Shown here piece after piece: positions 20,216-29,331 of a stretch of DNA of 64,000 nt; position 1 is the stretch's first letter, and each line of letters begins with the position of its first letter. The stretch lies in assembly GCF_004343725.1 (NCBI RefSeq), contig NZ_PTQW01000032.1, forward strand, positions 9,287-73,286. Reading direction: 5' to 3'. The translations under genes were made by a program, and so were the position numbers. A model generated the notes under the pieces. That model was not told where the DNA came from. It ran no database searches and was given only the letters and a program-made list of their open reading frames with translations. The stretch is from Treponema sp. J25 (lineage in GTDB: Bacteria > Spirochaetota > Spirochaetia > Treponematales > Breznakiellaceae).

Positions 20216-23128
20216 ATGGGTGGGCTCGTCATTAAAGGAGACCTGGAACTCGTCCTGGACCCCCTGGAAGTAGAAGTGGCCCTCCGTTTTACTCCCCGTT
20301 CGCAGGGTCCCCAGTGGGGCGTCGAAGAAATTCTGAAACTTCTTTCCGAACGACAGATAGTTCCCCCACCATCTCCCAAGAAAATGGAAGAGGTTCTTTT
20401 TAATCTTGCCCGAGCGAAGAGTCCCGTTACGGAGGTACTCCTCCGGGGGCAGCCCCCCGAACCTACCGTCCCCGAACGGGTGCAATGGCTAGAACTGCCC
20501 ATTCCCGGTGAACTTACCCCCTACGTGGATGAAGCTCTGGAGCGCGCGGGGGCCCCCATCGTGTACCGAATAAAAACAGAAAAAATAAAACGAGAAACGG
20601 TGGTGACCAAACCGGGCCCCCTCCCCTTCCTGCCTCCTAAGAAAGAGGTGGTAATTACCTATGATAAAAAGGAAAGCCGCGAACGGGTTTTTGTAGATAC
20701 CACCGTACAGGACCGTCTGTATGCCGACAGGGGAGTAAAAGTAGGCACCCTTATTCCGGCTAAACCCGGCAAACCAGGAAAAAGTGTGTTTGGGAAACCC
20801 ATTCCGGTCTCGGAAAATGACAAAACAAACTTTCTCTTTGGAGAAGGCCTACGGGTTGAACGGAACGAAATATACTGTGACACAAGCGGTATCATTCGGG
20901 TTGGAGATGGCTGGGCCGACGTGGTCCCCCTTCCCCGGCATCGCTGGCGGGTAGAGCGGGGTACCGATGGCACCACCCTTTATCTCTACTTTGAACCGGG
21001 GCTTCGGGAACTCCCTTTGCCAGATCCCATAACCATAAAAGAAGCGGCCCGTTCCCAGGGGGCGGTGGATAAATATCTTATTTCTGACGAACTCATCAAA
21101 AAGGAACTCCAGAAGGCCCTTGAAACAGGTCAGCCCCTTTCGGCCTTTCCCCTCACGAGTTACCAGGAGGCGGATGCCCGGGTGGAAATAACCCCTGACG
21201 GCCTTCGGGCCTATTTGTATCTTCGCAAAGGGATGGCCGGCGCCCCTCCCCTGGAACCGAAACGTATTGGCGAAGTCATCCGCCAATCAGGCGTACGACT
21301 AAAGGACCCCCAAAAAGTAAAAACAGATATTCTTGCTTTTTTAAAGGGCCCCGCTACGGAACTTAGCGACTATATCCTTGCAGAAGGAACAGCCCCAAGT
21401 CGTGGAAAAGATAAAGAAATAAAGATAACCGTTTCCCCCTTAAATGAAGAGGAATGGCAAAAAAAGAAAGAAAGGCTCCAGCAGTGGCTTTCCCATCCTT
21501 TACAAAAAGGGATTTCCCTCCTCTTTCCTCCCGAGGAAGCAACGATAAGTGCGATGGTACAGAAGGGCAGCCGGGTAGCCCAATTAGTAAGCGCTGCTTC
21601 TGGCACACCGGGGATGGACGTGTATGGCCAGCCAATTCCCGCCATTCCTGGCAATGACCCGGACATGGACTATTCATCGGGCCTTTCCCTGATAAAAGGA
21701 GACCTGATCTGTGAACAGTCGGGCTTGCTCCTGATTAAACAGGTAGAACGAAGTTATGTGTTTCAACTCCTGGAGTATCAGGACGCTCGTATCACCGTCC
21801 AGATTCGAGAGGATGGGATGGAAGCCACCCTCAGCCTAGAGAAAGAACAGGGAGCGGGAACACCGCTTACCGCCGAAGGGGTCCGGCAGGCCCTTTCCGA
21901 CGCGGGAGTTCAGCGGGGCATCGATGGGAATGCGCTGGGGGACCTTATAAAAGAAGCCCTCGAACAGGGGAGCGCCGGTCCTCGGGTGGTAGCCCGGGGA
22001 GAACCGGCGATTCCTGCGGGCGGAGTAGCCCTGGTGTGGCAGCTACCATCCTTACAACAGGAAGGGGCTCCCATGGGTCGTCAACCCACAAAGGCACCTG
22101 TGGAAAAAGGACAAGAGGTAGCCCAGCTTATCAAAACAGGAGAAGCGGGACGGGCCGGCTTTGATGTACGGGGTAATGTGATAGAACCCGAAAAAGGGGA
22201 AGGCTTCCCTGTTAAATACGATGAGTCTTTGCAGGCCCTTCCCTTTGAACGGGGGCTTCGCCTTATCGCCGGCCGTTCAGGGGAACTGGTATTTGATGGG
22301 TGGAGTCTTACCATCCGTTCTCAGTATGTGGTTTCCGCCGATGTGGGCCCCCGCACGGGGAACATTAATTTTACAGGGGAGATTCGAATTGCCGGAAAGG
22401 TCCAGAGCGGTTTTGCCGTTTTCGGCGGTACCGACATTTACATCGGTGGACCGGTAGAAGGGGCCCTGGTTTCCGCGGGTGGGAAAGTGGTCATCCAACA
22501 GGGAATCATTGGTGGAGACCGGGGGGTGGTCCGGGCGCGCAAAACCATAGAGGCTTCTTTTGTGGAACGGGCAACCCTTTTAGCGGTGGAAAACATCGTC
22601 ATTAAAAACGGGGCCCTGGGCTGTAACATTAAAACCAATGGGAAGCTCCATCTTGTAAGCGAACGGGGAGTCCTGGTAGGAGGGGTCTGCAAGGCCCGGC
22701 TCGGCATTGATGTTATGCAGGTTGGTTCGGAACGGGGCATTCGGACCGAAATTTCCTTCGGTCAGGACTATCTGATTGCGGATCAGATAGAAGTATTAGA
22801 ACGGGAACAGGAAAAGGTGCGGCAGGCAATTCAAGCGCTGGATAAACAGATTAAACAGGCCCTTGCCTCGGGTAAAAACATCGATGGGCTGGGAGCCGAA
22901 AAGGTGCGGCTCCTTAAATTGCTCGAGAAATACGGCATGAAGTTGTTTACCCTGCGGGAAAAATTTGAAGAACATTTCCCCTCGGAAATTCGGGTGCGGG
23001 GGAATATCTTCCCCGGGGTGGTCATGGAAAGCCATGGTCGGTATTATGAAGTAAAGCAACGTCGAAGTCAGGTGGTCTTTTTCTTTAACCGGGAGACTGG
23101 CCGGATTCAAGAAAAATCTCTTGTGTAA
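20216..23128 (+). CDS. Large FapA/DUF342-family protein (β-helix region)
   Basis: A DUF342 β-helix repeat region (…GNINFTGEIRIAGKV…GTDIYIGGPVEG…GGKVVIQQGIIGG…) is followed by a C-terminal coiled coil. The gene begins 11 nt after the ATPase gene. Confidence 0.6.
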   Translation: MGGLVIKGDLELVLDPLEVEVALRFTPRSQGPQWGVEEILKLLSERQIVPPPSPKKMEEVLFNLARAKSPVTEVLLRGQPPEPTVPERVQWLELPIPGELTPYVDEALERAGAPIVYRIKTEKIKRETVVTKPGPLPFLPPKKEVVITYDKKESRERVFVDTTVQDRLYADRGVKVGTLIPAKPGKPGKSVFGKPIPVSENDKTNFLFGEGLRVERNEIYCDTSGIIRVGDGWADVVPLPRHRWRVERGTDGTTLYLYFEPGLRELPLPDPITIKEAARSQGAVDKYLISDELIKKELQKALETGQPLSAFPLTSYQEADARVEITPDGLRAYLYLRKGMAGAPPLEPKRIGEVIRQSGVRLKDPQKVKTDILAFLKGPATELSDYILAEGTAPSRGKDKEIKITVSPLNEEEWQKKKERLQQWLSHPLQKGISLLFPPEEATISAMVQKGSRVAQLVSAASGTPGMDVYGQPIPAIPGNDPDMDYSSGLSLIKGDLICEQSGLLLIKQVERSYVFQLLEYQDARITVQIREDGMEATLSLEKEQGAGTPLTAEGVRQALSDAGVQRGIDGNALGDLIKEALEQGSAGPRVVARGEPAIPAGGVALVWQLPSLQQEGAPMGRQPTKAPVEKGQEVAQLIKTGEAGRAGFDVRGNVIEPEKGEGFPVKYDESLQALPFERGLRLIAGRSGELVFDGWSLTIRSQYVVSADVGPRTGNINFTGEIRIAGKVQSGFAVFGGTDIYIGGPVEGALVSAGGKVVIQQGIIGGDRGVVRARKTIEASFVERATLLAVENIVIKNGALGCNIKTNGKLHLVSERGVLVGGVCKARLGIDVMQVGSERGIRTEISFGQDYLIADQIEVLEREQEKVRQAIQALDKQIKQALASGKNIDGLGAEKVRLLKLLEKYGMKLFTLREKFEEHFPSEIRVRGNIFPGVVMESHGRYYEVKQRRSQVVFFFNRETGRIQEKSLV

Positions 23129-23137
23129 GGAGTTTCT

Positions 23138-24199
23138 ATGCCCCTCTATATTCAGTATCCATCGTGGTTACACCCGGAGATAATTCCAGGCTTACCTATC
23201 CGCTGGTATGGGCTCATGTATCTGGTAGCCTTTGGGATTACCTATTTTTTGTTTAGGCGACAGCTAAAAGAGCGCTCCATTCAGGTAGATGAGGATAGCA
23301 TTTCGGGGCTCTTTTTTTGGGGAATCCTCTCGCTCCTCATAGGAGCCCGTGTTTTTGCCACCATTGTGTACGACACCAGCGGAATCTACCTTCGGGCCCC
23401 CTGGAGAATCTTCTGGCCCTTTGACGAAAAGGGCCACTTCGTAGGACTCCAAGGTATGAGCTACCATGGAGGGGTTATTGGGGCCATCATTGGCATTGCT
23501 GGCTATTGCCGGTACAAAAAATGGTCCATCCGCGAGATTGGGGACCTTCTTGTGGCGGGCATTCCCCTAGGGTATACCTTTGGGCGGCTTGGGAACTTTA
23601 TCAATGGAGAACTGTACGGCCGGGTTACCACCGCTCCCATAGGGATGATTTTCCCCCAGGCTGAACAGTTTCCCGTCACCGAACCGTGGGTGCGGGAAAT
23701 CGTAGAAAAACTAAACCTGGCGGTGACTTCCGGCTATGTCAACCTTCCCCGCCACCCCTCCCAACTATACGAGGCCCTCTTCGAAGGGGTAATTCTCTGG
23801 CTTATTCTGTGGTTTCTTCGCAACCGGCGCCCATTCCGGGGTTTTTTGATCGGCCTGTATCTTATCGGGTATGGGCTTTTCCGTTTTGTAATTGAATATT
23901 TCCGGGAACCCGATGCGGATTTGGGCTACCGCATCCAACTGGTGGACACCGGTTTACCTCCGGCCCTTTTTTCTTCTCCTTTTAATCTCTCCACCGGCCA
24001 GGTACTCTGCCTGTTGATGATTATAGGTGGGGGTATCTGGCTATGGGTGGCTTCCCGCTTACCTGGCCGGGAACTCCTTGCTTCTTCCATACAGGCGGGA
24101 ACCTTTGTGCCCGGGGCCTCATCAGAAAAAGGCCGGGGAGGTGCGGGTTCGAATCGTCCAAAGAATGAACAACGGAAACTCCGTAAGAAATTACGATGA
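23138..24199 (+). CDS. lgt: Prolipoprotein diacylglyceryl transferase
   Basis: Lgt signature regions are present (…GLMYLVAFGI…HGGVIGAIIG…GRLGNFINGELYG…), with a basic C-terminal tail. Confidence 0.85.
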   Translation: MPLYIQYPSWLHPEIIPGLPIRWYGLMYLVAFGITYFLFRRQLKERSIQVDEDSISGLFFWGILSLLIGARVFATIVYDTSGIYLRAPWRIFWPFDEKGHFVGLQGMSYHGGVIGAIIGIAGYCRYKKWSIREIGDLLVAGIPLGYTFGRLGNFINGELYGRVTTAPIGMIFPQAEQFPVTEPWVREIVEKLNLAVTSGYVNLPRHPSQLYEALFEGVILWLILWFLRNRRPFRGFLIGLYLIGYGLFRFVIEYFREPDADLGYRIQLVDTGLPPALFSSPFNLSTGQVLCLLMIIGGGIWLWVASRLPGRELLASSIQAGTFVPGASSEKGRGGAGSNRPKNEQRKLRKKLR

Positions 24200-24291
24200 T
24201 TTTTTCAGGAAGAAGGGATCCATTTTTAATTTATTTTTGATATTTAAAGATTTTAAAGATAACCATTGTCGGAGCCCAGGAAGCACCGACA

Positions 24292-25692
24292 ATGTTGAAT
24301 GAGGAGGTTATTGTGCGCTACTACAGTACCCGGGATCCTAGCCATTATGTCGATTTTAGAACCGCCGCTCTCACGGGGCTCGCCCCCGATGGAGGCCTGT
24401 ACATTCCCGAAGAATTTCCCGCCTATCGAGGGGCGGTCCGTAATTCTTTGCATACCATGTCTTTTCTGGAAATAGCCTTCGAGACGATTCGCCCCTACGT
24501 GCAGGGGGAAATTCCCGATTCGGTGTTGCAAGACCTGGTAGCCTCCGCCTATCCTTTTACAGCCCCCATCGTACCGGTGGGGGATCGCCTGGTACTGGAG
24601 CTTTTTCATGGGCCCACGGCCGCCTTTAAGGACTTTGGGGCCCGTTTCATGGCCCGGGCTTTCTCGTACCTCCGACGGAACGAAGATAAACCCCTGCATA
24701 TTCTCGTAGCCACCTCCGGTGATACCGGGGGGGCTGTGGCGGACGGTTTTTTTCAGGTGGAAGGGATCTCGGTAACCGTGTTGTACCCCCGGGGGAGGGT
24801 AAGTCCCCTTCAGGAACGGCAAATTGCCGGTCTTGGGGGCAATATTCAAGCCCTCGCGGTAGAAGGTTCCTTTGATGATTGTCAGCGCCTGGTAAAGGCC
24901 GCCTTTGGGGACCGGCGGCTCCAGCAAAAGCTGGTGTTATCCTCGGCCAATTCCATCAATGTGGCCCGGCTTATTCCCCAGGCCGTGTACTATGCCGCAG
25001 GGGCAGGTCGCCTGTGGGGAGGTCATTACGATACTGACGGCGCAGCCACCCCCCGCCTTGAAGGCAAAGCGGAAGAACAACGGGTAGTCAAAAAAGGCAT
25101 TCCCCAGGGAAGCAGGGTGATCTTTTGCGTCCCCAGCGGTAATTTTGGGAACCTGACGGCGGGGCTGTATGCCATGGAGATGGGAGCCCCCATTCAGGGT
25201 TTCATTGCAGCCACAAACATCAATAAAACAATTCCCGAATACCTGGAAAACGGGGTATATACCCCTCGGACCTCCGTGGCCACCATTTCGAATGCCATGG
25301 ATGTGGGGGCCCCCAGCAATTTTGAACGGATGAAGGCCCACTGGTCCTACGAAGCCCTCCGGAGTCGAATCCAGGGGGTATGGGTCACCGACGAAGCCAC
25401 CCGGGAAACCATCCAGGAAGTAAAAAAACAGCACGGTTATGTACTGGATCCCCATGGCGCGGTAGGATGGCGGGCCGTCGACCACCTCTTACGGGATAAG
25501 AAGCTCCGCGTCGAAGAGGAGCCCCTGGCGGTGCTGGCCACCGCCCATCCGGCTAAATTTTCAGAAGTGGTGGAAGACCTGGTAGGGCCTGTTCCCCTTC
25601 CCGAGGCATTACAAAAAGCCCTGGAACGGCCCGTCCTTTCTCAGGTAATCCCTGCGGACCTGGATGCCCTGGTTTCGGTTCTCCTGAAATAG
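24292..25692 (+). CDS. thrC: Threonine synthase
   Basis: PLP-fold motifs (…FHGPTAAFKDFG…VATSGDTGGAVA…), a length of 466 aa, and a TAG stop codon. Confidence 0.9.
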   Translation: MLNEEVIVRYYSTRDPSHYVDFRTAALTGLAPDGGLYIPEEFPAYRGAVRNSLHTMSFLEIAFETIRPYVQGEIPDSVLQDLVASAYPFTAPIVPVGDRLVLELFHGPTAAFKDFGARFMARAFSYLRRNEDKPLHILVATSGDTGGAVADGFFQVEGISVTVLYPRGRVSPLQERQIAGLGGNIQALAVEGSFDDCQRLVKAAFGDRRLQQKLVLSSANSINVARLIPQAVYYAAGAGRLWGGHYDTDGAATPRLEGKAEEQRVVKKGIPQGSRVIFCVPSGNFGNLTAGLYAMEMGAPIQGFIAATNINKTIPEYLENGVYTPRTSVATISNAMDVGAPSNFERMKAHWSYEALRSRIQGVWVTDEATRETIQEVKKQHGYVLDPHGAVGWRAVDHLLRDKKLRVEEEPLAVLATAHPAKFSEVVEDLVGPVPLPEALQKALERPVLSQVIPADLDALVSVLLK

Positions 25693-25715
25693 AAAAAATA
25701 AAATGGCCAGGAGAA

Positions 25716-25750
25716 CATATTCCTGGCCCTTCTTCTTTTTTACAAAAGCC
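25716..25750. terminator. Bidirectional intrinsic terminator between convergent thrC and hsp20
   Basis: GGCCAGGAgaacatatTCCTGGCC hairpin flanked by A-run/T-run. Confidence 0.55.
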
Positions 25751-25866
25751 CTTTTTTTACTGTTCAGTTACTGTTCAGTCGGAAAACACAAAAGCCGGGC
25801 TCCCGGGCACCCCCGAGAGCACCGGCCTTTTAATCCAGGAGGACGTGCCCCGGAATATCGGCTCCT

Positions 25867-26313
25867 TTAGCCTTCAATCTTGATGAGTTTCCGCTGCGCT
25901 TCGGGCTGTTTCTTAATGGTCATGGTAAGGAGCCCATTTTTGAACGAAGCGGTAATCGCATCAGGATTGGCATCTTCCGGAAGCGTAAAGGACCGTTTAA
26001 AGGCCTGGCAGTACCGTTCCTGCAATACATAGGTGCCTTCCCGTTTTTCGGTCTTTTCGTCCCGTTTGGTTTCGATGGTAAGAACCTTACCATCCACATG
26101 GGCCGAAATAGACTTTTCATCAAAGCCGGGAAGTTCTGCCTCCAGGATATAGGCATCTTCCGTTTCGCGGACATCAACGGCGGGAATACGGGTGGTCAGA
26201 ACCCCCTTACCGTTAGAATCTCCAAAATCACCAAAGAAAGAATCGAAGAGCCGATCAAAATCTTCCAGGGCCTTCTGGATTGAGCGGGGTCGATACAGAC
26301 TCAGAGCGTTCAT
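25867..26313 (-). CDS. Hsp20/α-crystallin small heat-shock protein
   Basis: The ACD domain is present (…VDVRETEDAYILEAELPGFDEKSI…). The start was set at the ATG at 26311-13, which is preceded by a GGAGG ribosome-binding site; the ORF-track extension begins at TTG. Confidence 0.85.
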   Translation of the reverse strand: MNALSLYRPRSIQKALEDFDRLFDSFFGDFGDSNGKGVLTTRIPAVDVRETEDAYILEAELPGFDEKSISAHVDGKVLTIETKRDEKTEKREGTYVLQERYCQAFKRSFTLPEDANPDAITASFKNGLLTMTIKKQPEAQRKLIKIEG

Positions 26314-26359
26314 AGGAACCTCCTTCTTTATACGTTTTAACATCCCCATACGGCGGATG

Positions 26360-26382
26360 TTGCACCTCCACAGCCGGTGCAA
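26360..26382. promoter_or_regulatory. Inverted repeat TTGCACC-N9-GGTGCAA 47-70 bp upstream of hsp20 (CIRCE-like architecture with a different sequence)
   Basis: Read directly from the sequence. Confidence 0.5.
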
Positions 26383-26701
26383 TTATTTATTTACAAAAAC
26401 CGTGCCAAAATGCAAAAACAAGAAACAGATTATAAATATATACAATGAAATAACTTAAAATTATCTGCATAACAACTTGCAAGATGCGTTCTTTTTACTT
26501 ACAGGGAAATCGGGTCAGAGGGAAAAACAAACCCTTCGTTTCGGTAAGGTGGTTTAATCAAAAGGAAACAAAATGTATCATAAAGAATCACCAGAAAGAG
26601 TCATATTGACACAACCGGCGACCGGGGCTCCAAGCGGGGCCACAAAACCCCAGAACAACCCTTGATTATTCTTTCTCTTCCGGATAATAGTAGAAAATCT
26701 G

Positions 26702-28795
26702 ATGACCTTGACTCAAGAAGACGCCCTTTACGACTTTTTAGATATTACCACCAGCCCCTTCAGTGTACAGGATGCGGTAGCGGCCGTGCTTGCTCAGGAC
26801 GCATCTCTCAAGCGTAACCTTGAACGGGATATCCTTGCGTTTTTACAGGAGCGGCGCCTCGCATTCCCCATGAATGACGGCCGATGGCTATCCCGCTGCG
26901 GCTATTTTCAAAATGGGTATTTTCTTATTACTCCGAGCCGCTTAGAAATCCAAAATGGGATTCTTATTCCAGGGCACCGCTGCGTTCCCTTTGCCAACCC
27001 CTTATTGCTGCCCCACGAGTATACCTTTTACTGGAAAGAAAAAACCATTCCCTACACTACCACCGAAGGGGCCCCCGAGGATTTTTATCCCTACTATAGC
27101 ATTTTTGGAGAGGAATACGCCCCCCAGTACATAGCCCGGGATAACCCACAAAACGAAAGTCTGTATAACCAGGACCCCTACGAAGAACCCGCAGAAGTTT
27201 CAATCCATACGCTGGATATGCGTTCCTTCTATCGCGAGACAGGGGTGCTTCCCGGCCAGAGCATCCTTGTTCAACTCAAAAACTGGAAACTAGGCTATTT
27301 TGAGATTGTGTCGGTGGTTGCAGAGCCGCCGAAACAAGAAGAGGCAAACATCTGGATTGAAGCCCTGGACCGGGGATTTTCCCAATCCTTTAATAGCATT
27401 GGCCCCGGAAGCTCTACCGAGGAACAGGTCGCCTTTGCCTATTGGTTTGCCGGAAGCGATGTTCTGCACCATCCTGCCTATGCCTTAGAAACCTATCTTT
27501 ACGAAAAAACCAATGTGGTAGACGTGGTACCCTACGGCATGGAAAGCCGTTTTTGGTTTGTTGGGAAAGATATTCCCGACGGTTCTGCCGATGCTACCGT
27601 CACAGGACCACCGGATAAAACCGAATTGGAAGAACTTCTCTATGACTATGGGATTCCGGTTTCAGAATATGTGGTCCAATCCTACATTCGGGATGTGCTG
27701 GCCTTTCCTCCAGAAGAAGGCGATACCATAGTTCCTGCGGAATTCCCTCCCCAACAGCGGTTAATATGGACTGTTTTGTATCGATTGGTACCACCTCCCA
27801 TCAAACTAGAAGAGCAGGATTTCTTCTTTGTGTTCCAGTACATTCAAGAGGTGCTCCTCGAAATTCAGCCTAACTATAACCCCTTTACGGATCTTCCCCT
27901 GGCCACAATACGGCACAGCGCCGCCGAATTTCATACCGCTCTCATCGAACAGATGGCCCGTCTTTCCCGATCTCCTATTGAGATGGAATGGCTTCCCAAG
28001 CACACATTTATCGTCCTCTCCCAATTACAGTTCCATACGGCCCATATACTCGAAGAATTGGACACCGACGGGGGGCTTTCAGAGGTGGAGTTAGAAAGCC
28101 TCGAAATCAGCCTGGATGGCATGCTTGATACGTATCAAGAAGTGCGGCAACGGATAGAAGAAGCCCTGGAAGAGGGGCGCAAACAGCGCCTTTCCCTTGT
28201 AAGGCCAGAGAAAGAACGCTTTCCCCGGGCAGACGAAAAAACCGGCAACCTTGTTTCCGCCGTTGTGTTGCAGGCCTCATTACGGGGGACCGATGTATGG
28301 AGACGTTTCGTGGTCCCTCAAGAATGTTCCCTCGCGATGCTCCATCGAATTCTTACCATTCTTTTTGACTGGTCAGGGAACCTGTGGTATAGCTTTATAA
28401 TAGATGCTATGGTATACACAGAAAAACCCAATGAGGGGGGCTTTACGGTTCATACAACGACGGTAGACCAGCTTCTAAAAGAAAACATCCGGGAATTGGT
28501 GTATGATTATGGGGAAGATTCTCCCTGGGAAATTCATTTGCGGATAATGTATGATCTTACCCTTTCCCCAGAAGAAGCGCCATTCCAATGTCTTTTAGGG
28601 GAAAAGGCCGCCCCTCCAGAATACATTGGGGGCCCCTTGCGATTTCGAAGGTTTTTAGCCGCCCTGGGAGGAAGCGATACAGAACAGCGTCTTGCCCGTC
28701 ATGAATTAGGAGAGAATTTTAATCCCGACTTTTTTGATCGGGATCGATACAATCGTCAACTCGAAAGGTTGACCCAAGAAGTACGCAGCACCTAG
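26702..28795 (+). CDS. Large acidic hypothetical protein (697 aa), possibly carrying a pRiA4b ORF-3-like domain
   Basis: Long ORF with a good codon periodicity appearance. The motif …CSLAMLHRILTILFDWSGNLWYSF… resembles the PRiA4_ORF3 family; this is weak recall. Confidence 0.4.
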   Translation: MTLTQEDALYDFLDITTSPFSVQDAVAAVLAQDASLKRNLERDILAFLQERRLAFPMNDGRWLSRCGYFQNGYFLITPSRLEIQNGILIPGHRCVPFANPLLLPHEYTFYWKEKTIPYTTTEGAPEDFYPYYSIFGEEYAPQYIARDNPQNESLYNQDPYEEPAEVSIHTLDMRSFYRETGVLPGQSILVQLKNWKLGYFEIVSVVAEPPKQEEANIWIEALDRGFSQSFNSIGPGSSTEEQVAFAYWFAGSDVLHHPAYALETYLYEKTNVVDVVPYGMESRFWFVGKDIPDGSADATVTGPPDKTELEELLYDYGIPVSEYVVQSYIRDVLAFPPEEGDTIVPAEFPPQQRLIWTVLYRLVPPPIKLEEQDFFFVFQYIQEVLLEIQPNYNPFTDLPLATIRHSAAEFHTALIEQMARLSRSPIEMEWLPKHTFIVLSQLQFHTAHILEELDTDGGLSEVELESLEISLDGMLDTYQEVRQRIEEALEEGRKQRLSLVRPEKERFPRADEKTGNLVSAVVLQASLRGTDVWRRFVVPQECSLAMLHRILTILFDWSGNLWYSFIIDAMVYTEKPNEGGFTVHTTTVDQLLKENIRELVYDYGEDSPWEIHLRIMYDLTLSPEEAPFQCLLGEKAAPPEYIGGPLRFRRFLAALGGSDTEQRLARHELGENFNPDFFDRDRYNRQLERLTQEVRST

Positions 28796-28847
28796 ACATA
28801 CCGTACCCAAGGAACCGAGGAGAATCTGAGCAAAGGAGGTTTTACAT

Positions 28848-29321
28848 ATGGAACAGGGGAGTTTAGTACCACTTTTACATCGAGGTGGGGTTTTTTATAA
28901 CATTCCAGGAGAGACCTCCACCGAAGCACTTGTTGCCTTTGTAGATTCTCTTACGTTACCCCAGAGTTTACCCGCCGAATTATTAAAAACCGCCATCCTG
29001 GAACGGGAGAATTTGATGCCCACCGCGGTAGGCCATGGCATCGCTCTACCCCACCCCCGCACGCCGCTTTTGTCACGACCGGAAGAAGAATTCATCGCCA
29101 TGGGGTATTTGCAACGGGCTCTCGATTGGCATGCCCTGGATGGGAAACCCGTTCGTACCCTGATTCTTATTGGGTCGGCTACCCCTAAATCGCACCTGTG
29201 GATTCTTTCTCGTCTGAGCTTCTTATGCCAACAGGAACCGTTTAGAAAGCATTTAGAGGAACGGGCCTCTATACAAGAATTGACGAATCTATTACAAAAA
29301 ATAGAGCAAACCTGGAAATAA
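28848..29321 (+). CDS. PTS EIIA type-2 domain protein (PtsN / IIA-Ntr-like)
   Basis: …AVGHGIALPHPRT… places the active-site His in a fructose/mannitol-type IIA fold; length 157 aa. Confidence 0.65.
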   Translation: MEQGSLVPLLHRGGVFYNIPGETSTEALVAFVDSLTLPQSLPAELLKTAILERENLMPTAVGHGIALPHPRTPLLSRPEEEFIAMGYLQRALDWHALDGKPVRTLILIGSATPKSHLWILSRLSFLCQQEPFRKHLEERASIQELTNLLQKIEQTWK

Positions 29322-29331
29322 GGAGTAGTGT

